The notes below the pieces were generated by a model. It was not told where the DNA came from, ran no database searches, and worked only from the letters and a program-made list of their open reading frames with translations. A stretch of DNA of 64,000 bases, from contig BMAO01019611.1 of assembly GCA_019973975.1 (NCBI GenBank), positions 12,564-76,563 on the forward strand, given 5' to 3'. Position numbers and translations under genes: made by a program. Shown in pieces: positions 40,394 through 52,325 of the stretch. This stretch comes from Trichonephila clavata (taxonomy: Eukaryota). Each line of letters begins with the position of its first letter. Position 1 is the first letter of the stretch.

Positions 40394-43300
40394 ATTTACC
40401 CCCCTTTAATTTTAATCTGGATATTTCAGTCTCTGACGTAGTCCTTCAAGTATGCAGGAGGTTGCCTATGGCGAGCTGTACGCAATGCTGTGTTCTTGTT
40501 CGGTTCAGTCGAATCTTCTAAAGTGGTATCTGAATCTGAGTTTATTGGCTGTAGATCTGGAAGAACTTGAACATTTTCTTCCGTACCCTTGTTGCCTTCA
40601 GAGCTGGTAGTTTCTCCTCTTGGAGCTAAGTGTCTTATAGAAACAGTTGTTTCCCTTCCATTGCCAAGTTTTACATGTGCATAGTCAGGGTTAGCTTCAA
40701 TTAATTCCACTTTATTTGTTAGCACGCACCTGATTTTTCATTAGAACTGGGCCAGGCTTTGTAAGCCAAGTAGGTATGGAACAGCCGTTATGGGATCTTC
40801 GAGGGTGAGAAAACATTCGTTCATGAGGAGAGGCATCTGTTGCTGTACTCAATGAAGAGTGAATTGAATGCAGAGCTGTTTGGATAACACCTTCCCATTG
40901 TTCAGTTTTCATAATATTGGATCTTAAAGCAAGTTGCATAGTTTTCTAGATTGTTCCATTATAACGTTCAACCTGTCCACTTCCTGCTGGATTATAGGGA
41001 GTAGTACGACTTGTAGCAATTCCTTGAGATGTTAAAAATGATTTTAATTCATTAGACATGAAAGATGATCCTCTGTCAGAATGAATAAATGATGGCATTC
41101 CAAAAATAGAAAAAAGTTTCTTCAAATGCAATATTATGGTTTTCGCAGAAATGTCACTACAAGGGATCGCAAACGGAAATCTAGAGAATTCATCAACTAT
41201 TGTTAAAATATAGTGATTTCTTGAAACACTAGGTAAAGGCCCTTTAAAGTCAAGATTCAACCTTTCAAATGGGGAAGTAGCTTTCACAAGAGTTCTAACA
41301 TGTTTAACAAATCTTGGCTTTAGTTCGTTGCATATTAGACAGGAGTTTGTGACTTTCCTTATATCCTCTAAAGAAAAAGGGAGATTTTTGCAACGAACCC
41401 AATGATGCATTCGTGTCACTCCAGGATGACAAAGAGAGTTGTGAAGATTGTTTAAGTCGACTCTGGGAGTTAGAGCTCCAGTTATACGGGATAATGTATC
41501 AGCAATCACGTTTTGCTTTCCAGGACGATAAATAATGTCAAATTTAAAACTAGCAAGTTAAAGTCTCCAACGGATTAACTTTTCATTTTTAATTTTACTA
41601 CCATGTCGCTGATTGAATACAAATGCGACTGCTTGTTGATCAGTGAACACTTCAAAATGCTTTCCCATCAAGAAGTGTCTCGAATGACGAAGTGATTCCA
41701 CAATGGCATATGCTTCTTTTTCTGGAGATGAATGTCTCAATTCAGATGTATTTAAGGTTCTTGAGAAAAAGGCAACAGGACCTCCAGCTTGACTCAAGGT
41801 AGCTCCAATTGCGAAATCAGATGTGTGTGTGTGAATCAGTTTCCACTCGAAATGGTATGTCATCTTCAATTGTTGCCAAGGCAGCATTTGCCACATCATC
41901 TTTCAGTGAATTAAAAGTCAATACAGCATCTCTAGAAGGAGGAAACTGTTTCTTTCCTAGAAGAGGACATATTTTCTGAGAAAACCCCAGGATCCACCAG
42001 CAATAATGGGCAAACATTCCTAAAGCACGTTGCAATGCAGATGAGTCTTTCGGAACAGGCATATCTCTCAAAGGTTTCAGTCGTTCAGGATCTGGTTTAA
42101 TTATACCATCCCGAACAATGTAGCCTAGCAAATGGACAGAATTACTTGAGTAGGTACACTTATCTAAATTTAGGGTCAAATTATACTTCTTAGCTACAGT
42201 CAGGAACTTCTCTAAGTTGTCATCATGTTCTTTTTGATCTTTTCCACACACAGTAACATCATCAATGAATGGATATGTAAGGGTGAGTCCTTCATCCTCA
42301 ATAATTCTGTCAATGACTCTTTGAAAACAAGCTACTCGATTAGTAACCCCAAAAGGAACACGTAAAAACTGATAGAGCTTTCCACAAGCTTCAAAAGCTG
42401 TATAATGTCTCTCGCTATCTTGGATAGGAATTTGAAGGTAGGCACTTTGGAGATAAATTTTGCTAAAAACTTTATTTTTTGAAATTTTCAAAATTACCTC
42501 TTCTATTTTAGGCAAAGGGTAGGTAGGCATCCAGTAATGTGTATTTATTAATTGTTTGAGAGTAGTCAACTACCATTCTGGGCTTATGATTTTCTCCTCT
42601 AATGACAAAGGCTTGAGCCCTCCTGGTGAGTTACTTGGTTCAATGACTCCTTTCTGAAAAAGTTTCTGAACTTCCAATGCCATAAAATTATTGTCTTCAT
42701 CAGTATGACGCCTCGACTTTGTAACCAAAGGTCTACAGTCTGGATTCAAGTTAGAAAATAATGAAACAGGAGGTACTTGTGCTACAGCCAAAGAACAAAT
42801 TGTTAGTGGAGGTCTATTACCATCAAATCCAATTTCTACTCATGAATGTCTGTTTAGAATATCATGGCCAATCAAAACATCACTACAAAGATTTTTCATA
42901 ACTAAAAGTTCCACATTTTGATAAGTGAAGTTTTCGATTTTTAAATTAACTCTACAAACACCCACTGTTTCAGTCACCATGGAGGAGTTTGCCATGGATA
43001 TTTTTCCAAAATATGGTTCAATTTTTTTATTTACATTTCGCCACATGTTTTTCGTTCAGAAAACTAAGAGAAAACTAAGCTCCCTGTATCAATTAATGCA
43101 CTGAGTTGAATGTTATTAACCAATGCCTTAACAATTGATTTCTGGAGACATTGAGAAGATTTTGAAATAGCTGCCAATAAGTTTGAAGAAGTCACCACAT
43201 TTGAAGAATTTCTACTAGGTCTAGATTTGCACACTCGCTGGTAATGTCCCTTTTCCCCACATTTTCTGCGTATAACATCTCTAGCTGGACAATTGGTTCA

Positions 43301-44006
43301 TGAGTGCAAGTCATTTCCACAAAAGAAGCATTTTTGAGATCTTGAGAAGGAGGAAGCCGCTGATGTTTCTAAGGTTTCTTCTGAAAAATCGCCAGTTTTC
43401 ATTGCTGCAGATTGTACTGGGAAAGAACTTCCCATATAAGAAGCTGCATGCACTTCAGCTGATTCAAGGGTTCTAGTTTGCTCAAAAGCTTGATCGAGAG
43501 TCATCGATATATTTCCGAGGAGTCATTGGCGAATGTGAGGACATTTTAATCCTTGTATGAAAGCATCTCTAATATACTCCTTTCGGTATTCCTCAGCCCT
43601 TACATCAGTAAAGTCACAGTCTTTGCTCAATTGGTTTAAAACTTGTAAATATTCACTGACAGTTTCTTCCGCTTGTTGATTTTGCGTCGACAAGCAATGT
43701 CTAGCGAATATAATGTTACGTTTCTTTATAAAAAGTGAATCAAGTATTGCAATAGCTTGAGCATAAGTTGTGCAATCATTAATGAACTGGTAAACATTTG
43801 AGGTTACATAATTACTCAGCAAAGGAAGTTTATTTTCTTCTGTAAGGATTTTTATGCCTCCTAAAAAGTTTTCAAAAGTTTTTTTCCAATGGCACCATTT
43901 TGTTTCCGCATTAGAATACGAGGGATCGATATCGAAATCTTTCAAGTTTCAGCAGTTGTTCCATAATTAAATTTGAAAATGAAACGATTCAAGAAAACTT
44001 CTAAGT

Positions 44007-44177
44007 TATTAAAATTGTACTATAAATAAGACAATGAGAGTTGAATGGACAGAATTAAGCTTTTAATAACTTAGAAGTGAGGTTACATGATTGATGTTTA
44101 CAGACTGTCTCCTTCAGGCGTTGCCAATACAGAAAACAAAGTTAAGTGATGCCAGATTACATAAGAATAATATGACA
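44007..44177 (-). repeat. 5' LTR of the retrotransposon
   Basis: It is about 95% identical to 40233-40393, followed by the 5-bp direct repeat ATTAT. Confidence 0.8.
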
Positions 44178-44568
44178 ATTATCAACTTCAGCTTTTGTCA
44201 TTTTCATTATGAAACTTAATTTAAACTGGGCTTTAAAAAAACCACCACTGATTTAACAACAAAGATGGATCGAAGCAATATTTATAGCAATAAAAATTAC
44301 AAAATAAATATTTAAACACCAAAAATATTCATAGGAATAATTTTCAGGAATAAAAAAAATGAAGCAAGAAAATTGAACATAGATATATTATAACAGAACA
44401 TAAATAAAATTTTTGGTCAAAAAAATGTTATTTCCTAATTTTAAAAGAATTAATATAAATCTATCAAGAACTATTTCACCATCCCAGTGTTATACAAAAA
44501 GAGATAATTTTTTTTAAAAAATTACATTCACTAATTTAAATACTTAAAATAATGATTGATTTTCATAC

Positions 44569-44764
44569 CACATGAATAACTTCTCCAGGGTATAATGGAA
44601 AGGGATCCTGCTGTAATCTGACTTCCAAATCAGCATGTTTTAACTTGATTTGACCAACATTGTCATAAACCACAGCATTTTCAGCATTTCGAAGTACAGG
44701 ATTGCAAATGATGCAATAATGATAGGGAGGGATAATAATCATATCTTGTGGTCCATGAATAACC
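44569..44764 (-). CDS. MVP: MVP exon 2 ([66 protein letters not shown])
   Basis: The hand translation aligns to the MVP segment RMVTVPPRHYC...[22 protein letters not shown]. It has a cag acceptor and a GTATGA donor, and its phase is consistent with exon 1. Confidence 0.8.
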
Positions 44765-46302
44765 CTGCAAATATATTTATAGAAGTATATGGTGCAAGTG
44801 TCCCTTTAAATAAAAAATTACAATGATTATTTTTCAGCTATAGCTATACCATGCCCTTTTTGTTCTAAATAGCTGTATTTGGCAAAATTTCTTCAAAGCC
44901 TTTAACTCAATAATGGATTTTTTTTCATCATTTCTCTAAGACTGTTTTTCTTTGTTAAATTTATAAAAAGGTAAAATTTGACTTTGATTTCCTTCCTAAA
45001 TCCTTTCAAAAACAGAACATAAAATAGAACACAGAAACAAAAACAGAACAAATGTAACAGGATCTATCAAATAAAATGACTTAATACAATATGCAGACAA
45101 ATTATTTAAAAAATTTTCACAAGCATCATAACTAGATAATAGATTATTTAAAATCAGCATGCAATTATCTAAAAAATACATTTAATACAGAATAAAACAT
45201 TTCTTTGGAATGCAATATAATGTTATAAATGAATTTTAATTAAATCAGAACCCCTAAATGCATGTAGATAGGTTACACCTCTTTACAATTTATTCCTCTT
45301 TCCACAAATAAAAATTACAGTTATAAATATTCATGTAAGGCAGCTTGTGCAAGCCCCTATTTTTTTATAAACTCCAAATTCTAATAGTCAAGAAATATAA
45401 GTTATCCAGCAACAATCTTTTCTGTCACACTATAAAATTTTTTGTTAAATGTATAATAAGGAAAAAAACAAGGACAACAAGAAAAAAAATGAAATGACAA
45501 GGAAAAAAACACTCTTTAATTTCTCTACACAATCCTACAAAACCTATCATAAGTTGAAGAATATATCCTAAATTATTATTTTGCTCTGCTCGATAAAAAT
45601 ACTTTCATCTAAAACAACTTTGTTATGGTCATTAATTACAATTATAAATACAGAGTATTTAAAATTGACAAGTTTCATAAAATGCACATAAAAATAATAC
45701 TTAAAAATATTTTCATTTAAAATCCTTCCCAGAAAACTTAATTAAATTACCTAAATAAGAAAATTTTATTTTAATTAATAAAAGATGAGCAATATTTTGC
45801 TGTAACATAGAAAAGGTATTACACAATTCATTAAAGGAAAAAAAGGTACCTCCTCTTGTATTTGTTCAAGATTATCTAAAAGTTTCAATATGAAAGAAAT
45901 CAAATAAATACTAAGCTACTCTTACATTTCTCTAAAAGCTGATTATGCAACACAATATTTCAAAACATAAAAATAGTTATTACAAAATAATTTTAAAAAA
46001 TAAAAACATTAATGTCCCAATAATTTTACAAATTTCAAACATTAAATAAAGTTTTGATAACTATTTTTTTTTCCAGTATAAAAAAATGCTATTTTTTCTT
46101 TATTGTTTCAATTTCCCCTTTTATAAAAATAATATGCAAAAAAATTATATAATTTGATGGAATAAAATATATTTACATGCATTAAGCTTTGCAACAAAAC
46201 TTTTCAAAATATACAGTATGAAATTATTCAATGTATAAGGATATGAATTTTAAAATTCTAGAAGCATATAAATATTCTTAATTTTTAATTGAAAGATCAT
46301 AC

Positions 46303-46463
46303 CGTTCATTTTCTTGACGAATATAGGTTTTTGGTCCAATTTCAACTCTAGTTATATTTGTTGTTTGATCCAAAACATGCATATATTTATAAGGTGGAAT
46401 TCGAAATATGCTTTCCTCGGAGTGCCCTTTGAAGGATGCATTTGAATCCTTTGGTGGTGCCAT
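46303..46463 (-). CDS. MVP: Major vault protein, coding exon 1 (ATG at 46461-46463; [54 protein letters not shown])
   Basis: The minus-strand ORF matches the conserved MVP N-terminus (IIRIPPYHYIHVLD...[15 protein letters not shown]). The ATG sits in a good Kozak context (aggcATGG). The exon ends at a GTATGA donor, in phase 2. Confidence 0.8.
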
Positions 46464-46544
46464 GCCTAATAAAGAATTGCAGATCAATAAAAGAGCATAC
46501 TTTATAAAAGCATAAAAAAATTATGCTACAAATTTTAAAACCTG

Positions 46545-46560
46545 TATACACACTTTATAT
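46545..46560 (-). promoter_or_regulatory. TATA-like element (TATATAAAG on the minus strand) about 90 nt upstream of the MVP ATG
   Basis: This is position only, and the AT-rich context makes a chance match plausible. Confidence 0.15.
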
Positions 46561-47309
46561 AAAAATAAAGCAATTAATAATAAATGAGTATGATTAACTC
46601 TTTTGAAGTAGAGCCTAACAAAACTAAAAATTATATTGAATTCCTAGCATGCTAATATAAAATTATTGTTGAGAAGAAATTTTACGATTTATCACTTCTT
46701 TATTATAATGCATAACAATAGATTATATGCTTAGGAGATATGTCATGATAATTTATCTTTCATATCAAGCCTTAAAAGGGTAAATTAAACATTTTTATTC
46801 AAACTTCAGAATGTATCTTCATTGTGTTAAGAATTTATATCACTCTTATTGAGATAAGAATTTATCTTAAAACATTTGATCAATGAATTCTTCAAATCTG
46901 TATGTATGTAAGACATATTTTTTCCATTAAAAAACATACATGAAAAGCTGGATAAAAACTCAGCTGAAATTATTAATAAGACAAATACTGGTAGATTTCT
47001 GCTTTCAATAATGAAAGTAAATATTTACAACTTTAAAACTATTCTTAATAATTTTTTTTCTTTCAAAATTCATTTATTGGTGATTTACTTATCAAATGCA
47101 ATACTATTTGGAACAATGCCAATAGCATGAAATTTAAAGTAAGTAAAATAAAAATAAGTATAACTGAAGATCAAATTACTCATTTTTTTTTAACATTCTG
47201 AAGAATCAATACTTACATTTTACATAAAAAAATAAAATCTACTAGCTTTACTAGAACTTACTAGAATTAATCTATCATTTCCTCTCAGTGCATGTTTATC
47301 TATTGGGTG

Positions 47310-47475
47310 CATGATGAAGGCACCCAGGGGCCCACAGCTTTAATTAACAAGATTTTCTGGATGTAAATTTCAATCCGTCTGCGCCAAGGGGGCCTGTAAA
47401 TCATCTGCACCCAGGAACCAATATGAGCCTAAACTGGCACTGTTTCCTCTAGTTTTGTAATATCTGTATCACAAG
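47310..47475 (-). repeat. SINE family 2 copy (headless)
   Basis: It is about 80% identical to 52140-52290. Confidence 0.55.
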
Positions 47476-50400
47476 AAAAAAACTAGTTTCTTTGCAAGCA
47501 TTTAATTGTTTTAGATAAATAAAAAGAAAATTTCACCAATGTAACTAGTTTCAATTAACTCTTTGATATATAATGAACCACTTGGTAGTCATTCGTCTCA
47601 AAAGTGCAATTGTAGACTTCACAAACAGTCTCTAGTAGAACGTTCTTTAAAAATCATGAGTCAATACTGTTTTGCTTTGAATGACCAAAGTTATCTCTTT
47701 TTTAACAGTACAGGAATGCACTCCCATGGAATGGGATATTTTATAATGGTATCATAGTAGAACAAATTTGTAATAATCAAGTAGATTGAAAGCAAAGGAA
47801 GTTTTTTAAGTCAATGTTTATGAAATTATAATATACTTATAGCAAATAATTTTTTGATAATATTCAGTTCACTGGCTACCAGCGATAAATCACCAAATGT
47901 TGACAACAGTTTAAGACGAAATATAGCCAAATGCAACCATTTCTCACTGTTCTCTGTACAGGTTACAGTATTTTTTCAGTAAAATTTGAAACTATTCAAA
48001 ATAAGTTTTTTTTTTTTATTTGTGCATATTTTGTATGTTATCACCAAAATTGTCAGTTTGTATAATTTATACCCATTAAAAAAACTATAAAAAAATAAAA
48101 TTTTCTTAATTTTCATAAAAAAATACTTTTATACTTTCAAATAAAGAAATAACTTAATTGTAAAAAATATGATTGGGGGGAGGGGGGGGAGAACTTCACA
48201 GAAATTAGATATTTATAGTAAAAACAGTAATTATTAGTTTTAAGGCAAAATCTTTGACAAATTACAATAGAGGGAGAAAATTGTTTATCAATCAAGATAA
48301 TAAGTAAGATCAATTTTTGATTATTCTAGATCCGACATTAAGGCACAACATTTTATGTAAAAGAATACAAATAACTATTTTCCAAAAGAAAAATAACAGT
48401 GTCTGAATAATATTTGAATCAGATTTTTTTTTTCCCTTTACATCATGAATGTAAAAAAAAAAGTTGGTACTTTTCCATTTTACCAGCACAGATTTCACAA
48501 AGCAGTTTTTATTGGTGAGAACACACAGTATACACATGAAAGAATGTTAAATGTTAGTTCTAAGAATTCCTTACACTTGGAGGCATAAATATTTTAATAC
48601 TATGTAAGATTTTTCCAAATGGGTTTTTTGTTTGAAATGTAGTGATAAAAGGTTATCAGTGGGAATATTCCATTTGGAGTCAGCTATATCATTTTTGGTG
48701 ACTTAATTGTCTTCATTAGCAAAATCGAAAAGTACAAAAAAGTTTATGCAGTTTTTGTTTCATAAAACACAACATTGCACAGTGTATGTATTATCAACAA
48801 AACAGAAGTTTTATTTTTTTTACTTCACAAATTTTCTAGAATTAGAAATGCATAACTGACACTCACAAGAACGTAACCAGATAATTACTTTAGATATATA
48901 TTTTAATCTATAAAAATTGATATTTTTTAAATCATATGATTTACTGAACAGATTTATGAATAATAAAATATAATCATAATTTACAGACCATTAAAATATA
49001 GTTCCACAAGTTATATATATCATCATAATTCAAATATATTAAAATTCCATAAGATTTAGAAATAATTATATATTCTTTTAGTTTATAAGCCAAAACAATA
49101 AGAACAGCTTTTTATTGTTTCAGTTCTGACAAAGTAATTTACAAATTCAAAAGAAACCGGCATTAGATACTTAATACACGAACATTTTTGGGAATGGGAT
49201 ACAAATACTTAATTCTATCATATTGAATTTTTAAATAGCTACAAGAAATATTTACAGAATATCAATGATATGATACACTGCATCAATTTATTAGCTGCTG
49301 ATCTCTATGAAAGAAGATACAGGAAAAATGGGATAAATACAGGCTACTTTCACAATTAAAGTTCTACTCTGAGATATTCAGAATTTACGATACAGCACAT
49401 TGTGAGTTCTTCTTCGTCTAAAAATACTGCATGTGAAAACATCAACAATTTTTCAACAATGGGATAAGTTTAGATTCGAAAAAAATAAATTGAGATTGTT
49501 CCCATTCAACTCATTCTCACAACTGAACACTTCACTATTACTTACCTACCTATTTTATGAAGAGAAATATATTTCTATTGTAAATGTTTCAAATTATATA
49601 AGCTATGTTTTTAGTCAATATATTTTTTTGAAAAAAATGTCATCTGCGGAAAGAATAACAAGGGGAAAAAACTATTCAAAAGATAGTCGGATTAGAGAAA
49701 GCAGAAAAAAAAGTTAAATGCAACCATATGCAATTTTCTTTTTACCAAAAGATGTAAGAAGTTGCGGCCAATTGATGTCGTCCAACTCCAGGATAAAAGT
49801 AGGTGTGAATCGGTTTTTATCTAAATAGAATTACAATCTATCAGTATTCACAACTTACCAAGCGATTGCATCCAGTAACCGGCAAAAGTGTAATCAATTG
49901 TCAACACCGCACGCAACTTGATGATTAGCTTAGTTTTGTTACGTTTGGAATTCGATAAACATGTACATCGAAACAATTTATTTTAAATTATGTTTTTTTT
50001 TTTACAGATATAAACTTAATTATAGGCAAAATAATAAGATCAAATTTTTAGCTCTTGTTTTATTTAATGAAGAAAAATATCGTTATTTGTTTGAAGGATT
50101 ACTGAGCAGCCGGCTACAATAACCCTGAAGAAGCGCGCTTTTCCGGCAGGACAGAACCCGCGATCTTCGGGTCTGAAGCCGAGTAACTTAGCCACTATAC
50201 CAAAATAATTACTTTAGCACGTAGGCTGTTACTGGCTTGTAAAGATCATACCGCTACCCACTCACTTCACTAATTCTCAAGATGTATAATAGAGTCGGAT
50301 ATTAAACCAAATGATCTATGAGGTATGGTCTCTCACCACAATTCGGATTCTGGTGAAACCCTCCCTGGAGCAGATTTGCGAGACACCTCCCTTGGGAAAC

Positions 50401-50794
50401 AGGAAAGGATCGTGATGATCTGATTGACTTACGTGAAATGCGAAAGGAGACGACATGAAGGGGGGGGGCATTCAAGTGAGCTATCAACAAAGAAATGGCA
50501 AAACTGAATGCTAAATTTAAAGAGCCTGGATCAGAAAAAATAGATTGTGGGAGAGATAGCTTCACTTACTCCGTGCCCTGTACAAGGTTATGCACCCATC
50601 GGAACGATAAACTAACACCCATTCGACAAATATTATTGTCATATACCGCGGCGCACTGCAATTCTTAGCAAAAAATAAATTTCTTACTACCGCATACAGA
50701 CCCCAATTCATAGCGGTGTAGAAGTGACTATAAGCATCATTATAGCCCCAATTTATATTCCTGCTCAACCCGCATGAGAGAGTATTTATTAATG

Positions 50795-50980
50795 TTACAT
50801 TAAAAGCAACACAAGGGCTGTTAGCGACAGACCTCGTAATTTGGAACCATGCACAAGTCACGAGGACGACACTCGGGTTCGTAAACCCTCCCCTTCTCAA
50901 ACGACCACATCTAGTCAACGAGAAGACTTTAAGTTTCGACAGATTTAACGTGCATCACCCCCTCTACATAGCAGATCTTC
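50795..50980 (-). repeat. 5'-truncated SINE family 1 copy in tandem with the neighbouring copy
   Basis: The body and tail are homologous to family 1, but the head is cut immediately at the junction with the tail of copy 50981-51240. Confidence 0.6.
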
Positions 50981-51240
50981 AGTGGCGTGAGTGAGTAAAT
51001 ATTAACATCGCACTATTCAGCTAGTCGAGGGCTTTTGGCGACGGAGCTCGTAAATTTGAACCATGGTCAAGTGACGAGAGTGACCCCTGAGCTTCTAATT
51101 TCCACACCACACCAACGGGAGGGTGTTTGAGCTCTCGACACTATTTATCGTGCATCGCTGCCCTACATGGCGGGTCTTCAGTGGCACTAAAGCTCTAACT
51201 CAGGACACGTCAGTCACACAGTGCCAGTTTATCCATTAGA
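50981..51240 (-). repeat. tRNA-derived SINE, family 1 copy
   Basis: It is homologous to 33506-33785 and abuts the hAT MITE TSD at 51241. Confidence 0.65.
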
Positions 51241-51241
51241 C

Positions 51242-51475
51242 CAGTGATTCCCAAAGTGGTCTATATAGACCCCCAGGGGTCTATGACAACCTGCAAGGGG
51301 TCCATGTCAGCGAAAAAATAATTTAGGGGTCCATGAGATGTAAATGGGGGTCTACGATAGTGACTCTGAATAAAGCATTACATGACTTTAAAAAGAAAAT
51401 TTTATCAAGTGGAAACAGATTTATTTACAAAATTTATATAAATGAAATTAATTTGCAGTTACAAGAACCATCACA

Positions 51476-51514
<39 letters not shown>

Positions 51515-52124
51515 CACATTTCGGCGTTTCTTGCCAGAATGAAGCTTAGGAGTATAATATTGAACGGCCCAAATTTTCCTAGTTTCTCAATTTGCCAGGA
51601 AAAGGACGTTTTAACCTACGTTCAACATTTAAATACTATTTATCCAGATTTTGCAACTAGGTTTGAGAATGCTTTGCCTGTGGTAATACCATAGTAGACA
51701 ATGAATTAACATGGTCACATTGAAAGAAAAAACAAATATCATATTACAAGAGGAACTGATCGTAATAATCACTAAGAAGATCTTAAAGTAAAATTTAGAA
51801 ACACGGATATCAGCAATTTTGAAAGCACCAGATTCATCCCTCCCATTAAAAGCATTTGTTTGTTGCTTAGTTACTTTAAATAACATTTATTTTATGAATT
51901 AATTAAATTTTAATTTAATTAACAAGTGCGTCTTAGGTTGTAAACACCATACTTCACTACTGTTAGAAAATGAAAAATTTTAAACTGTCAACTGTAAACT
52001 ACCAACTGTCAAAAAGACATTTAAGTTGATAAATTTGCAAAAATTCATTAGGTAAATAGGGGTCTACCCAAAACCGAAAAACATGGCAAGGGGTCTATGA
52101 GACAAAAAAGTTTGGGAACCTCTG
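51242..52124. mobile_element. hAT-type MITE (883 bp) with a perfect 8-bp TSD, CATTAGAC
   Basis: The termini are CAGTGATTCCCAAA and, by reverse complement, CAGAGGTTCCCAAA. The octamer CATTAGAC occurs immediately at both flanks (51234-41 and 52125-32). The element has internal GGGGTC(C/T)AT motifs and a (CA)n(TA)n run at about 51474-51514. A partial copy of one terminus lies at 7383-7516. Confidence 0.7.
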
Positions 52125-52129
52125 CATTA

Positions 52130-52325
52130 GACACTTGGGGTGGGTGCCTAGGGCCCGAAGCCCAGATAAGCTGGACTTAATCAGGTTTTCTGGTAATAAT
52201 TTTCGATTCTCCAGTGCCAAGGGTTGCCTGTAAATCTTCTACACCCAAAGCCCGAAATGAGCTTAAATCGGCACTGCAGTCTCGAGTTTGTGATCATAAC
52301 CACTAGGCTACCACGGGCACTGCGA
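52130..52325 (-). repeat. SINE family 2 copy with a tRNA-like head fragment (CCACTAGGCTACCACGGGCAC)
   Basis: It is homologous to 47310-47475 and to 2449-2570 (plus orientation). Confidence 0.6.

Larger units (their letters stand above)
40233..44177 (-). mobile_element. LTR retrotransposon (Ty3/gypsy-like order gag-PR-RT-RH-IN) with short LTRs, a 5-bp TSD and decayed ORFs
   Basis: Near-identical LTRs at 40233-40393 and 44007-44177 read TG...CA in the element orientation. ATTAT flanks both sides (40228-32 and 44178-82). The polypurine tract AAAGGGGGGTAAA abuts the 3' LTR.

Minus ORFs at 43523-43945, 43298-43504 and 42840-43046 are gag-like and protease-like. 41817-42569 is reverse transcriptase (YPFIDDVTVCG), 41558-41899 is RNase H, and 40946-41509 is integrase (HHCC zinc finger plus DDE, ...HSDRGSSFMS...). 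Frameshifts separate these ORFs. Confidence 0.85.

Noticed and set aside
46485-46487. An upstream start giving an MICNSLLG extension of MVP
   Set aside because: The ORF track's first codon here is TTG, not ATG. The ATG at 46461-46463 aligns with the conserved MVP N-terminus.
50302-50918. Two overlapping minus-strand ORFs of 87 and 118 aa
   Set aside because: They lie entirely within SINE copies and the adjacent tRNA-like sequence. They have no recognisable protein features.
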